Part shown: in pieces, positions 1 through 11,469 of the stretch
Layout: each line of letters begins with the position of its first letter
Position numbering within the stretch: the first letter of the stretch is position 1
Assembly (NCBI GenBank): GCA_030141605.1
Contig: JAQGDQ010000003.1
Span: 2,356,001-2,420,000 of the forward strand
Length of the DNA stretch: 64,000 nt
Direction: 5' to 3'
From: Tubiluchus corallicola
Taxonomy: Eukaryota; Animalia; Priapulida
Notes under the pieces: model-generated
Seen by the model: the letters and a program-made list of their open reading frames with translations, nothing else
What the model was told of the DNA's origin: nothing
Database searches by the model: none
Program-made: the position numbers and the translations under genes

Positions 1-632
1 TAATTTGCTGCATTTTCTTAGTATTTAGCTGCTTTCTATAAAGGTCAATCCTGTGTAAATCACATTACTGGTGTAATAGTGTTGGAACGAGTAGAGGCTA
101 TAGCAAAAGATGACAAATAAACATTTACCTAGACTTTTTGGCCCAAGATCATAGTATACTACACCATTGTTTTAGCTACTGCTGCAGGTACACACAAAAC
201 AAGTTTCGTGTCTATTTCCTGTATGTTTTCACTTACGACACACCGTTTTAAGTCTTTTGCCTGTGACCTGGCCATACCCACTTTTGAACAATGTTGCCAC
301 TACACTTGCCTGGTTACCCACAATAACCTTCGATATCAGACTGATTAAATGCTTGTATTTCACAGGCAAAAGCCTGGGTTAAAAAGGGTTGTGTCAATAA
401 GCGAAAAGGTACAGGAAATAGTCACGAAACTTGTTTTGCGAGAACCATCAGTAGTAGCTAAAACCACAGTGTAGTGTACTGTGATACCGGACCAAACAGT
501 CTACGTCAATGTTTATTTTTCAATTTTTGCTACAGCCTCTACTGGTTCCAGCACTATTACACCAGTAATGAGATTTACACAGGATTGACCTTTATAGAAA
601 GCAGCTAAATACTAAGAGAATGCAGCAAATTA
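1..632. repeat. Long inverted repeat / foldback (MITE-like) element, left end cut by the window edge
   Basis: Bases 1-266 are the approximate reverse complement of 360-632 (e.g. taatttgctgcattttcttagtatttagctgctttctataaaggtcaatcctgtgtaaat pairs with atttacacaggattgacctttatagaaagcagctaaatactaagagaatgcagcaaatta), with a spacer of about 95 bp. Confidence 0.9.
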
Positions 633-1797
633 TGCGAACTGTGTCACAAAGAGTCAAGATTATAAAAATACAACATTTACCAGTTTTCTGTGTTAGCCTT
701 AAATAATTCAGATCTTTGAAGAGTTATGAAACTTTCAGCATGAGTCGCCCTGTTGTTACAGCAACACTAATGTTCGCAACGTCAGAAAACAAAGATGGCA
801 ATATCTTTAATTTCTGATGTTGTCAGAAACAACAGTCATGCAACTAGTTTAATTACAATATTACATTATCATGATTGTGTTTGATAAACCATTGTGCTTA
901 GTAGAGTAATTTAAAACAAATATAACAATACTATTAAATCCATATAAGCAAATCTTAATGACCAAATGTGTTTAATAAAAATGCTATTTTTCAGTTAATG
1001 AATTTTATGACAACATAATAACAAACAATTACAAAATTAATGTGCCAACAAAGCAAAGAAAGTACATAAAACGTCTGGTGCATTGTGAGAGCGTGAGAGT
1101 ATCGTAAGTTCGCTATGGAGTGCATTAGTTGTGTATTATTATGTTTTTGTTATGTTTAGGCACTCCTGGCATTTTATTATTAGGCTATAAATTAAACCAC
1201 ATTAGGTGGTTATTTTCAGCCAAGTTTTCTGATGCTTTTTTTGCACAATGAATCCAATATTACAGTCACGTTTAATTACCATATGTATATATATATAAGC
1301 TGCTAACATAGTAATTTTAGGCCATATTATGGGCTGTTGCAAGTAACTGCCAGCTCGATCCATACTTAAGCAGCTGCTGATAGCACGATCTATAGCAGCT
1401 GTTGCAACAAAATTACAAATTATATATAAAGCACAGTTAGATGCCAATAAAAGCGGTCAAAACCAAAAACATGTAATGTTTTGTTTGTGTTTTTTTTATA
1501 TAGTAAATACAAGGAACTTTACAATGCTCTTATGTTGGGACCAAACTATTGGGATCTGCAGGAACATAATCACTAAGATAAAGACTGATTGAATGACTGG
1601 ATGTACAGTGATGTAATCAGCTATTGAAGGCTGCAGCTGGGAATACATAATCAATAACATCCTAATTTCTGAAATTTCAACAGCAACCCAATCTCCTATA
1701 CTTAGCACGCTATAATTATAACAGCTACATGACTATTTTATACCACATAAGTTTTGCAATAAATTCAGCCTCTTATAGTCCAAATTCAGTACTTGAA

Positions 1798-4053
1798 CTA
1801 CAATTTAGCTTTCCCAGCATTTAGTACAGTTTGTAGCTTTTGTGGAAGAAAAAAGTCTCCTTTTATTTTAACTTTGCCTTGCATAAATGCTCTCTGTGGG
1901 TCTAACTTGCCCAAAATAAGATTAGTAACATCTGAATCATCAATTGTCAATGTACATCCTGGAATTCCAGTAGTTGATGGTCCTGCATAAATTGACCCAT
2001 TACCATTTTTCAAATCCATGGTCCACTGAGCAACTACATCCCTGTTCTTTGTAATATCCCATTGAAATATAGCATTTACTTTCTTAACAATGTCAGGTCG
2101 CCCACTCAAAGTGTGATTCAAGTCCTTAAAAAGATCATCACTTTGCAAATCATCAGAATTCTTTTCAGCTTTAATAGCATCGACAGAGTGCAGGTCAACA
2201 TATGCACCTGTTAATACAGAATCACCGGTTTCAACTACTTTGCACTGAAAGTGGATGCGCAGCCCTTCTTTCCACATTTCTGTCAGCAGAGTTTGACCAG
2301 GTATTACTGGTTTAGCAAATCTAGCTTTCATGCATTTGAATTTGGTTACATCACTATTTGCAAAATGCTGCAGGACATGCCGAAGTGCATATCCATATGA
2401 GCAAAGCCCATGCAAAATTGGAGTGGAGAATCCAGCCATAGCTGCAAAGCTGGGATCAATGTGCAGTGGGTTTCTATCACCACTCAATCTATAAAGAGCA
2501 GCCTGATCCCTAGATGTTTTCTCCTGCACGCTGGCATCTGGTTTTCTGCTTGGAGGTTGTGCGCAAGGTACTTGGCCCTCATAGGCTTTCTTTCCTCCAA
2601 ATCCACCAGCCCCCACCAGAAAAGCAACAAACTGATTGAAAGCGATCATTTGTCCACTTTCATCACGGCTTTCCATGTCAATGATGGCCACAGCACCAGA
2701 TTTCTTATCAAGTACTTCTGCAACCTTGATCTTTGTGCTGAGTTCACATTCTGTTGGAATGGGTTTAAACACTTCTGTGTACTGTTCACCATGCAACAGC
2801 TGACTAAGATTAATGTTAAAACCGCTGTCTTCACTGCCTGAAAAGAGGCCGACTGCAGCTGCAAAAGCTGGTATAACACTGAATGAAGGCCACACACTAA
2901 AACTTTCATGGCCCTCATATAAGAACTTCAAGCCATCTTTCTGAGCAAGAGAGCTGCCTATACCTAGATTATAAAGAATGACATCTTGATCCGTATATTT
3001 GAATTTTACAGAAGGTATGGATGCATTTTTAGCCTTTTCAGGATCCACAGACCCAGCATTTGTAGGTACCATTCTTAGCCCAGTTTTGACACCTGTGATT
3101 GCTGATACAGCACTACTTCCAACAGGTGTGACAGTCTTCTTACTTGCCACATCTTGCAAAACTTGGAGCAAAAAACCAGTCCCTTCTCTTGTACTTGTTG
3201 GGTAAGTAGCATTAGTCATATCTGTGATGGCACCCCAATTATCACGGACATTTTCAGGTGTCATTTGCTTCCCTTCTTCTCTCACTATCTTGCCTCTTGA
3301 TTTCTGCCATCGTATCTTTCCCACCCAGCCAGCACCTGCTTCAAATATACCACAGGTTTCTTCACATGACTCATGGCAAAGGTAAACAACTAATGGGGCT
3401 ACATACTCTGGCTTTAATGCTTCGACTATTTCAGGTGGCATGACGGTTTGTGTTAGCCTTGAACCTGCAGTAGGAATAATGCTATTGGCTTTGATACCAT
3501 ACTTAGCACCTTCAATACCAAGGGTATGAGACAATCCCAGTACTCCCATTTTTGCTGCAGAATAATTTGCTTGACCAAAGTTTCCATATAAACCAGCTGC
3601 AGAGGATGTCATAATAATTCTACCATACTTCTGTTTGCGCATGTATGGCCAAGCAGCTCGGGTAACAAGAAATGAGCCACGAAGATGAATACGGTGAATT
3701 AGATCCCAGTCTAGGTCAGAAATGCGACCAAATGATTTATCTCTCAGAATCCCAGCGTTATTTACAACGACATCAATTCTTCCAAAATTCTTGATGGCTG
3801 TCTCTACCACCTTATCCGCATTCTCGACCGAGTTATAGTCAGCAACAGCCTTACCTCCTTTACAACGGATTTCTTCAACTACTTTATCAGCTGGTCTGGC
3901 ATCCTTTCCATCGCCAGTTATATTTCCTCCCAAATCATTAACCACGACAGAAGCACCTCTTGCTCCAAACAACAAAGCATATTCACGACCGAGTCCTCCT
4001 CCTGCTCCTGTCACCAGGACAACTCTTTCTGCAAAACTGAGATACGACATCAT
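1798..4053 (-). CDS. HSD17B4: Peroxisomal multifunctional enzyme type 2 (D-bifunctional protein): SDR dehydrogenase + enoyl-CoA hydratase 2 + SCP2 domain; CDS has no introns
   Basis: 751-aa ORF. SDR motifs VTGAGGGLG, NNAGILRD and YSAAK; hydratase-2 motif YRLSGDRNPLHIDP...ILHGLC; C-terminal SCP2 domain (DPQRAFMQGKVKIKG); PTS1 -AKL. A probable 5'UTR splice acceptor (ctttttatattctcag, minus strand) lies near 4081. Confidence 0.97.
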   Translation of the reverse strand: MMSYLSFAERVVLVTGAGGGLGREYALLFGARGASVVVNDLGGNITGDGKDARPADKVVEEIRCKGGKAVADYNSVENADKVVETAIKNFGRIDVVVNNAGILRDKSFGRISDLDWDLIHRIHLRGSFLVTRAAWPYMRKQKYGRIIMTSSAAGLYGNFGQANYSAAKMGVLGLSHTLGIEGAKYGIKANSIIPTAGSRLTQTVMPPEIVEALKPEYVAPLVVYLCHESCEETCGIFEAGAGWVGKIRWQKSRGKIVREEGKQMTPENVRDNWGAITDMTNATYPTSTREGTGFLLQVLQDVASKKTVTPVGSSAVSAITGVKTGLRMVPTNAGSVDPEKAKNASIPSVKFKYTDQDVILYNLGIGSSLAQKDGLKFLYEGHESFSVWPSFSVIPAFAAAVGLFSGSEDSGFNINLSQLLHGEQYTEVFKPIPTECELSTKIKVAEVLDKKSGAVAIIDMESRDESGQMIAFNQFVAFLVGAGGFGGKKAYEGQVPCAQPPSRKPDASVQEKTSRDQAALYRLSGDRNPLHIDPSFAAMAGFSTPILHGLCSYGYALRHVLQHFANSDVTKFKCMKARFAKPVIPGQTLLTEMWKEGLRIHFQCKVVETGDSVLTGAYVDLHSVDAIKAEKNSDDLQSDDLFKDLNHTLSGRPDIVKKVNAIFQWDITKNRDVVAQWTMDLKNGNGSIYAGPSTTGIPGCTLTIDDSDVTNLILGKLDPQRAFMQGKVKIKGDFFLPQKLQTVLNAGKAKL

Positions 4054-7039
4054 TCACTGTCTCAGTCTTACTTGGTGCTCCTGAGAATATAAAAAGTGAA
4101 TGCAATAGATTAAACAAACACGACTGAGACACTGAGCATGACAAGCAGGCTGATAATTTAAAGTACACCAGATTATGTACGCAAATAGACAATTCTACCT
4201 CTAAAGTCAATGGATACACAGCAGTGTATTTGTTTTACAATGGAATTTGTACGCTGAAACATTATAACAGTCTAGGTGTGCATCTCGCATTTTTGTAGAA
4301 CACTAATACGTCAAATTCACATGTAGCTGGAATACAGAGAAAAGTCCCCCTTTTCCTTACATATAGTTTAAATGTTACACACATACTGTAAATCACATGA
4401 ACATTATTTTAGCTTGAAATTAAATTACCATTGCAGAACCAATATTAATCAGCAAATGATTCTAAATAATTTCAAATGCAAAAATGGTATTTTACAGCAC
4501 AAATGTTTAATAATGTACATGGGTTTTTGAAACATGTAATATAGATGGTCAGCAGCTGATAGATGTGCTGTGGGCGGAGCTGACTGCGGAAAGCATAGCT
4601 TTATGCAAAAAAAATTGTGTGGTAACAGGACTGTGCCAAAACTGAATATTGCCATGACAGTATCAGCATAAACTGCTGTCACAAGCAAAGAAGTTGAGCG
4701 CAGGTCGGCACAGCAGCTTTTAACTATTGGACAGAAGGTAAAGCAGAAATGTGCCTACTACTAAGTTGCAAGGTAAAAGTTGTGTCACACTAGAGCGAGA
4801 GTCGTCAAAAATTGTTAAAGATTTAATGCTTTTCTTCATAACTGCGCACTGACACGATAGATCAACTTGGACACATAGTGAAAGTTAGAAACCTTACTAA
4901 GTTTATGAGCTGCCAAGGGGAAGAAACAACATAGGTGTCACCATATTTTGTGGAATCACATAGAAAAGTGACTGCTGTCTTTCACATTCCTTTCTGTTGG
5001 CATTTGCAAACAATATTAATGGCAGACTTCTCAAACTGCTCAGCTAATTGGGATTCAAATAATTTGATATCATCATTAGCATCACCATCATCATCACTAT
5101 AGCTGCAATAATGTACATAATTTACACGATGTACATAATTAAATGTTTAACTTAAATCATTACTGTTCCTAAGTACATTATTTAGGAATCTACATACAAA
5201 AAGAAGAAAATTTGTATATTCTCTTTTTTTCTCTTCAGAGTTTAATATCCAAAGAGTGAAATAGTAATTAGTTTCGTTGGCGCATTCTTTTAACCACTTC
5301 ACTGCCGCACAGTTTGTTTTGCAATTGGCATAGAGGGAATTGCACTATGTTGCAGATGCTAAACTCAATGCCAGGCAGTTACCTGTTTGCTATAAGCAAG
5401 AGTTAAAACATCTAGCATGATAACTTTCATTTAATTTTAGCTGTGTTCCACCTTACCTTGTACCATGAGCATGCCAATTATTTTGACATTTTAATTACTG
5501 AAGCAACACCTCCAACCTGATACATACAACACGCTAAGCCTAACAAAATAAGTACAACTAAACAGTATAAATATATAAGTATCTATATAACTGATTTAGC
5601 TGATATCCGATAAAATTATGAAAAAAACTTGTTTACTATTTACAGTTGTGCTTAATAGATAAAGTATTCTATTCTCTGCTAAGCGACTGAAGATGACATT
5701 AACTTCCTAACATAGTCCGGAATCTGAGTCATATACTTTGAGTCTGATCTGATTTAGCACAGACATATTGCACAAAAAGTTCCACCCAGCTTACTTATTC
5801 TATTAAGCTCACTTAAAGTAATTTGCTTCTGCCGTGTTACATGTATTAACATAACAAAGCAATTTGTTAGCCTCTAAAGAGTTAATTTCACTTTATGATG
5901 GTGAGCATGTAAACATAAATGCAGGCTAACATGTCATAATGCATTTGGAAAAACAAAAACCAATTTGTGGTGGTTAATCAACTTCTTACTTCTTCAAGCA
6001 GTTCAATTAATTATCACAAGCGCTTGCGTAAATTGACATTTAATTACGAATTGCTGAAGATTTGGATTAAGAATGTGATCTTCTGATGTTTTCTTTTGAA
6101 GGAATGTTTAGTTTGTCCAAAACATAAATTCTGCCTTTGACATATCTCTAGTGATGTACCATATAAAAACAAAAATGGCCCAGGAAGATTTTTGGCAAAT
6201 GTAAATTTAGGCCACTGCTCCCCTTTATCAATGTCGTCGCCAACATGGCATCCAAAATAATACCCGCTGCATGGCTGAACTAAGTTAATATTTTAAAATG
6301 AAACATGGCGTCCTATAACCAGGAGTTCACTATCCCAAGGCCAAGCGAGTATGTTTCATGTTTCCAGAAAACAATATAGATCTCAAATAATTCATGCTGC
6401 CAAAGCCAAGTAAAGTCACTGGTCCAAAGTTCTGCTAAAATCCAACCTCATTTTCAGCTGACATTACTCAGGTTAGTACCAGTTGTATTCATTATCATCT
6501 TAGCACCACAGCACAAAAATTAGGTAGGACACGGTCAAAGAGCCGTGTCAGAGAATGATAAGTTCTGAGGTCGCGGGGTCGTCGAGCAAGAAGGAATGTC
6601 CTATATAGTGTCAATGAGTCATTTCTTTATGTGTCACTGTGCTACTCACACAGTACTTTCTGGAATGAACATTTAGGGGATAACTTTATAATATTATAAC
6701 TTTAGTACTTTCTAAAGCAAATTGAGAGTTCAGCGACAAAGCCATATGGCCAGCTGAGTTATTAAGTTTCAAAGGTAAATTGCAGCAGGGTGACCTCAGC
6801 ACTCGAATACAGTTGATTTACCATCTCCACTGCCGTGGCATTAGTACATGGGACTTTAAGCTGATTGTTAATTTATTCCAAAAATGATAATAACCATATC
6901 AGCACAACACAAAAGTTACTAAAAAACACTGCACGGCAGAAACAGTAATAGCACCTAATCACGTGTGTTATAATAAGCAAAGGCAACGCAGGGGGTAGAA
7001 TATCAGTTAGTAGCAAAATGCTCATCAAATTTATTTTTG

Positions 7040-7900
7040 AAACTGTTTACACTCTGCGCCGAGGCAACTTGTGTTGGAAGTGCTTTCCAGGATTTAACAA
7101 GATTTCCAAAAAACCCCACTCATTGTAATTTAGTGTATCAGCTAATTTGAAACCGTGGTCTATAGTGATTGGTCGTTGAAAATCACCAATCTTATTTCAT
7201 TCCAATGAAGGGGCGACAGTGTCACAGCATCCATGCAAGAATTTCCAAACTTCCATATAGTCTTCACGTTCACGCCTGTATTTCATGCTAGTCACCTTTG
7301 ACAGATAGAGCCCCTCTTCATAGGATTTCTCTTTGAAGCCTAGTATCCATTTCATTGGTCTGCGGAGTATATTTTCGATCTTTCTTTGATCTCCTAGAGA
7401 CCTAGGACCAAGAGGTCTCCATATACATTCAGCATATTCTAAGTGTGGTCGTGCCAGAGCATTAAATAGACGTTTCATACTATCTGCATCCATATTCTTA
7501 TAGGATCGACAAATACAGAGTTCGCTCTTGCAACCTGTTGTTCAGTATGTGTTGACAACTTCAACTGATTATCAATTAGGATTCCTAATAATTCTCCTCT
7601 GTTGTGGGTGATATTAAACTGCTATCTATCCAATAGTCATGAGTAGGGCCACACAGGCCAAGATGGAAGGTCTCGCATTTACTGGAATTGAACCGTGAGT
7701 TGTCACCGATTACACCAACTGCTTAAGCGGTTAATGTTTTCCTGCAACACATCATAGTCATCGGGGTTTCTAATTTGGCAAAACAGTTTTGTATCATCAG
7801 CAAAGAGCTCAGAGACGGAAGAAATACTATCGGGTAAATCATTGAGCAAATAAACAATATTGGGCGTTATCCTGCAGAATTCCACTGAGGACAGGCAACC
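7040..7900 (-). mobile_element. Degenerate CR1/L2-like LINE reverse-transcriptase 3' fragment
   Basis: Broken frames read ELFADDTKLF...LQENINRLSSW and LFNALARPHLEYAECIWRP...KIENILRR...SYEE...MKYRREREDYMEVWK, typical of CR1-clade ORF2. Confidence 0.85.
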
Positions 7901-8199
7901 ACTAGGATTCTGTGGTTCGCTCTAGATCCTCGTTGTAGTTCAGCAAGTAATCACTCTAGAAATGACTGCATTCTATATATACTGTATACAGCTTCATATC
8001 ATGACTCCACATTCATTTCTAAATTCCATAATGGCCGTAGTATACTCGATAATTCTTCTTATGGCTTCCAAATTTGTTTCGTATAGATAAAGGGCATCAA
8101 CACCCCAAACATTTACTTGACTTAAATAGTGCAAAAAAATAGATGTTCAGTTGTATTTTCCTCAGTATTACACATGGGGCATTTTAAATTATTTTAAAT

Positions 8200-9287
8200 A
8201 GCTGGGAGCAGAGTAGGTCACTAACCGAAATAGGACAATTACCATACATAGGCTAGCCCAAATAAGGCAAGTCGTACATGGGCTGGGCCAAGTAAGGCAC
8301 ATCGTACATGGGCTGCCCAAGTAGGACACTAGAGACAGGTCGCGAATTGAGTTGTTAACCGTACTGGCACCGTCCATTGTCCTTGTTTATGTAATAATAA
8401 TAATTATAATAATAATTAAAAACGTCAATACACGTTGAATAATTTATTATACATCTGATAAAATAAAAGAATTTTATTCTGAGCTGGTAGAACGGACAAT
8501 ATTAAATTTGTCTTCGATATTAATGTTGTTGAAGTGAAATAGGACACTAGAGACAAGTCACAATTGAGTGGTTAACCATAGTGGCAGCATCCGTTGTCCT
8601 TGTTTATTTAATAATAATAAGTGAAAATGTCCATACAAATGTGGCAGTGTCAGTTGTCCTTGTTTATTTAATAATAATAAGTGAAAATGTCCATACAAAT
8701 GTGGTAGTGTCTGTTGTCCTTGTTTATTTAATAATAATAATTCAAAATGTCAATACACTTTGAATAATTTATTATGCAGCTGATAAAATAAAAGAATCTG
8801 ATTCTGAGCTCATCGAACAAGCAATATTAAATCAGGCTTCGAGATTAATCTTTTTAAAGTGAAATAAGCCCGCTTTTTAGGCAATTCCAACATTTGGTTA
8901 AGATAGATCATTTTTTATTTTGTATGGCTTCACACACAGGTGGTTTCACTACCTCTTCGTCAATTAATTGTTTTCTCCTAAGTAAATGGACTAGCGAGCT
9001 ATGTGTCCTCCATGGGCTAGAGATGCCATGTACTACCAAGTAGCATACAAGAAACTGAGCCATTTACTTTTCTGTTACAATACTGTTTGGATTATTGAAA
9101 TTATTTGTCTTTGTTTTTCCTAAATGTTAAAACTCACTTTTTCATGTTGGGAAGGCTTTTCAACATCTGTTTCATTATTGAGAGAAATCGCCAGTGCCCT
9201 ACTTGGGCTGCCCATGTATGACATTGGTTTTCCGTAAATATAGAGCAAGTGTCCTACTTCGGCTAGTGGAGTATTCCGTACCCTACA
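8200..9287. mobile_element. Older copy of a non-autonomous TIR element (same family as 11949-12527, opposite orientation) with internal duplications
   Basis: Left end gggagcagagtaggtcactaaccgaaataggaca and right end tgtcctacttcggctagtggagtattccgtaccctaca are degenerate inverted repeats. Subterminal gtacatgggctgcccaagtagg repeats and the block 9099-9176 match 12326-12527 in reverse. Confidence 0.75.
8581..8760. repeat. Tandem repeat, 60-bp unit x3
   Basis: gtggcagcatccgttgtccttgtttatttaataataataagtgaaaatgtccatacaaat begins at 8581, 8641 and 8701, inside a larger ~220-bp duplication (8320-8540 vs 8540-8850). Confidence 0.9.
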
Positions 9288-9326
9288 CCAATATTATTTA
9301 TGTTCATTATCATACCTTTCATTCTA

Positions 9327-10312
9327 CAGTGGATCCCGCTTAATAGACTCACTTTGGGACCAAAGTGTTTTGACCCAACTACCCGACTAAACCTATTAAC
9401 CGATGGGTGTAGTATTACAGGTATAAAGTACGAGTCATCAGCTTAGTATGCACTGCAAAAGTTTTTAATGCATTTCAGAAACGAAGTAATGCATAAATTC
9501 CTTTGTGCAGTAAAAAATTAGAAAAAATATTTTAAAATATTTATATAAGTGAATTAGCAATAAATTAAAAAGTAGACTTTTCTAAATCACACAAGTCTGT
9601 TTATTTGAAGAATTACAAAAATTCCTTCAAAGTCAGCTGCTTCATTTTATCACGGAGAAGTAGGATCACAAAGATCTCACAACGATAAAAACTTTGAAAA
9701 TCTGTTGTTGTATGATGTACAAATTCTGGTAAAATACAATGCTTGGCGAGCTTAAACTGTTGGTGGTGCCCGTGTTTCCCCAGAAGTAACTTCGTCTGTA
9801 GTTTCGCCTATGCTCTTGCTTGTATTTGTGACGTACTTACTGTACTGTACCTGAGTAGCTGGCATAATAGCATCATTTAACTAGTTAAACTTTCTGGCAA
9901 AGACAGCCAGAACTTTAAAAGCAAAGTGCTAAGCAAGTGATTAGATGTTTAGCTTTCAGGAATTTTTGGGTAATGAGATTAATTGCAGTGGACGTGCGGG
10001 TCAAAGCAAACCATTAGGCTATCATAATTAGACTATGACAAGCATTCCTGCTTACAAACAAAACGGTACTTAGCATGATTGTTTCTATGTATATAATAGT
10101 ACAAAAGCCAACTAATATGATATAAACGTCATGAAAGCTTATTAGTCACACGAGTGTCTTATTGAAGCATGTGAAGCAAAAATAATGAGTTAATTATATG
10201 GAGTTATTTGAGTCACTTACCGACAGTTTTTATGTACATTAGAATAGAAGCGGCCCGTACCAGGCATTTTTGAATCAATTAAGCGATTGAGTCTATTAAA
10301 TGGCGCCTACTG
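9327..10312 (-). mobile_element. Internally deleted pogo/Tigger (Tc1-mariner) DNA transposon
   Basis: TA|cagtggatcccgcttaatagactca ... tgagtctattaaatggcgcctactg|TA gives ~25-bp TIRs and a TA TSD. Minus strand 9613-9660 reads LLRDKMKQLTLKEFL*, resembling the C-terminus of pogo-type transposases. Confidence 0.8.
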
Positions 10313-11469
10313 TATCTTTTCTTTCTTTAAACATGATGTCATATCTGTTTTTAGTTCAGTGGGAACAAAATGTTCTGATGGCAAGACCTTCCTCTATCCG
10401 CAGTGGTGCCACTATATTTAAAATTTCAGTTTAAGCTAATTCAGTATAGTGGAGGGGCAAATAGCATTTATGCTAATACCCCCATCTCTGGATTATTGTA
10501 ATCCAATCACCAAGCTACTTGTATGTTTCTGTCTTACTAGTTTTACCATGCTTAGCAGATTTTTTAATTTCATTAATTTCAACTGTCGTTTTCTTCTTGG
10601 TCATCTTTGTTTTAATGTACTTAGTTTTTTGCATATTAAATCTTGCTCGTTTTTGTTCCTTAGTTTTTCTAAAATTCTCGACTACATCTTTTATTGTTGG
10701 AGGATGCAACTTCATCTACTTATATGATGTTATCAAAAAACAAGTAGCCATGCATCAATAACGAATTTGACATGTTGCGTAGTTTTCAATAATCAGATGT
10801 TTGACTGTTAAACATTAGTCGTCATGCTCAATGAGCTGTCTGTCACACAGACTAATCTTAAATAACGTAATTTTACATATCAGCACTAAATAAAAACTTC
10901 AGACCCCTAGGCATTATACTCACTACAGAATTCTATTACAAATAATCTAGATTGAGATAAGTAGATGCACTAATTAATCAACTAAGGCATAATTAATGCC
11001 ATACACACACTGTATTGACCACGGACTTCACGGCGCGCTGTCATAAAACAATAGTAGACATCATTTTCTACTAATGAATGCTACAAAGTTAATAAAAAGT
11101 TTCCCATGTTGTAAACATGTGAGAAAAGAAGTCAAGAATCCATGCTGATGCTACCGCAATTACTATTACTACGCGCTTGAATCATTGCAGAGAGCAGGAT
11201 GCCCAGCCATATAAGCAGGCGAGCATTTAAGACAAAATACTTTAATTTAGATGGAAAATTAATGTCAGTGGCTTGTCAGTACCACTACCGGTTCGAAAAT
11301 ATTTAGATTTTGCATAGAAGATTTAAACACTTCAGCATTGATCCTTAGAAATAAATGCACTTGGGGCATTGCGGCAAGCAGGGAGTCCTGGCATAGGGAG
11401 GTGAGCAGAATCATGTCCCTGGACGTATGATTCATTGCATATCTGGTATTAACATTACTTACTATTAAT

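Noticed and set aside
1793-3443. Several short ORFs overlapping HSD17B4
   Set aside because: Antisense or alternative-frame shadows of a long CDS, with no recognisable motifs.
8581-8763. 60-aa ORF with repeated hydrophobic units
   Set aside because: It is simply the translation of the 60-bp tandem repeat inside a transposon.
10449-10761. Overlapping Lys-rich and hydrophobic ORFs
   Set aside because: Low-complexity AT-rich sequence among transposon debris, with no splice support or recognisable domain.
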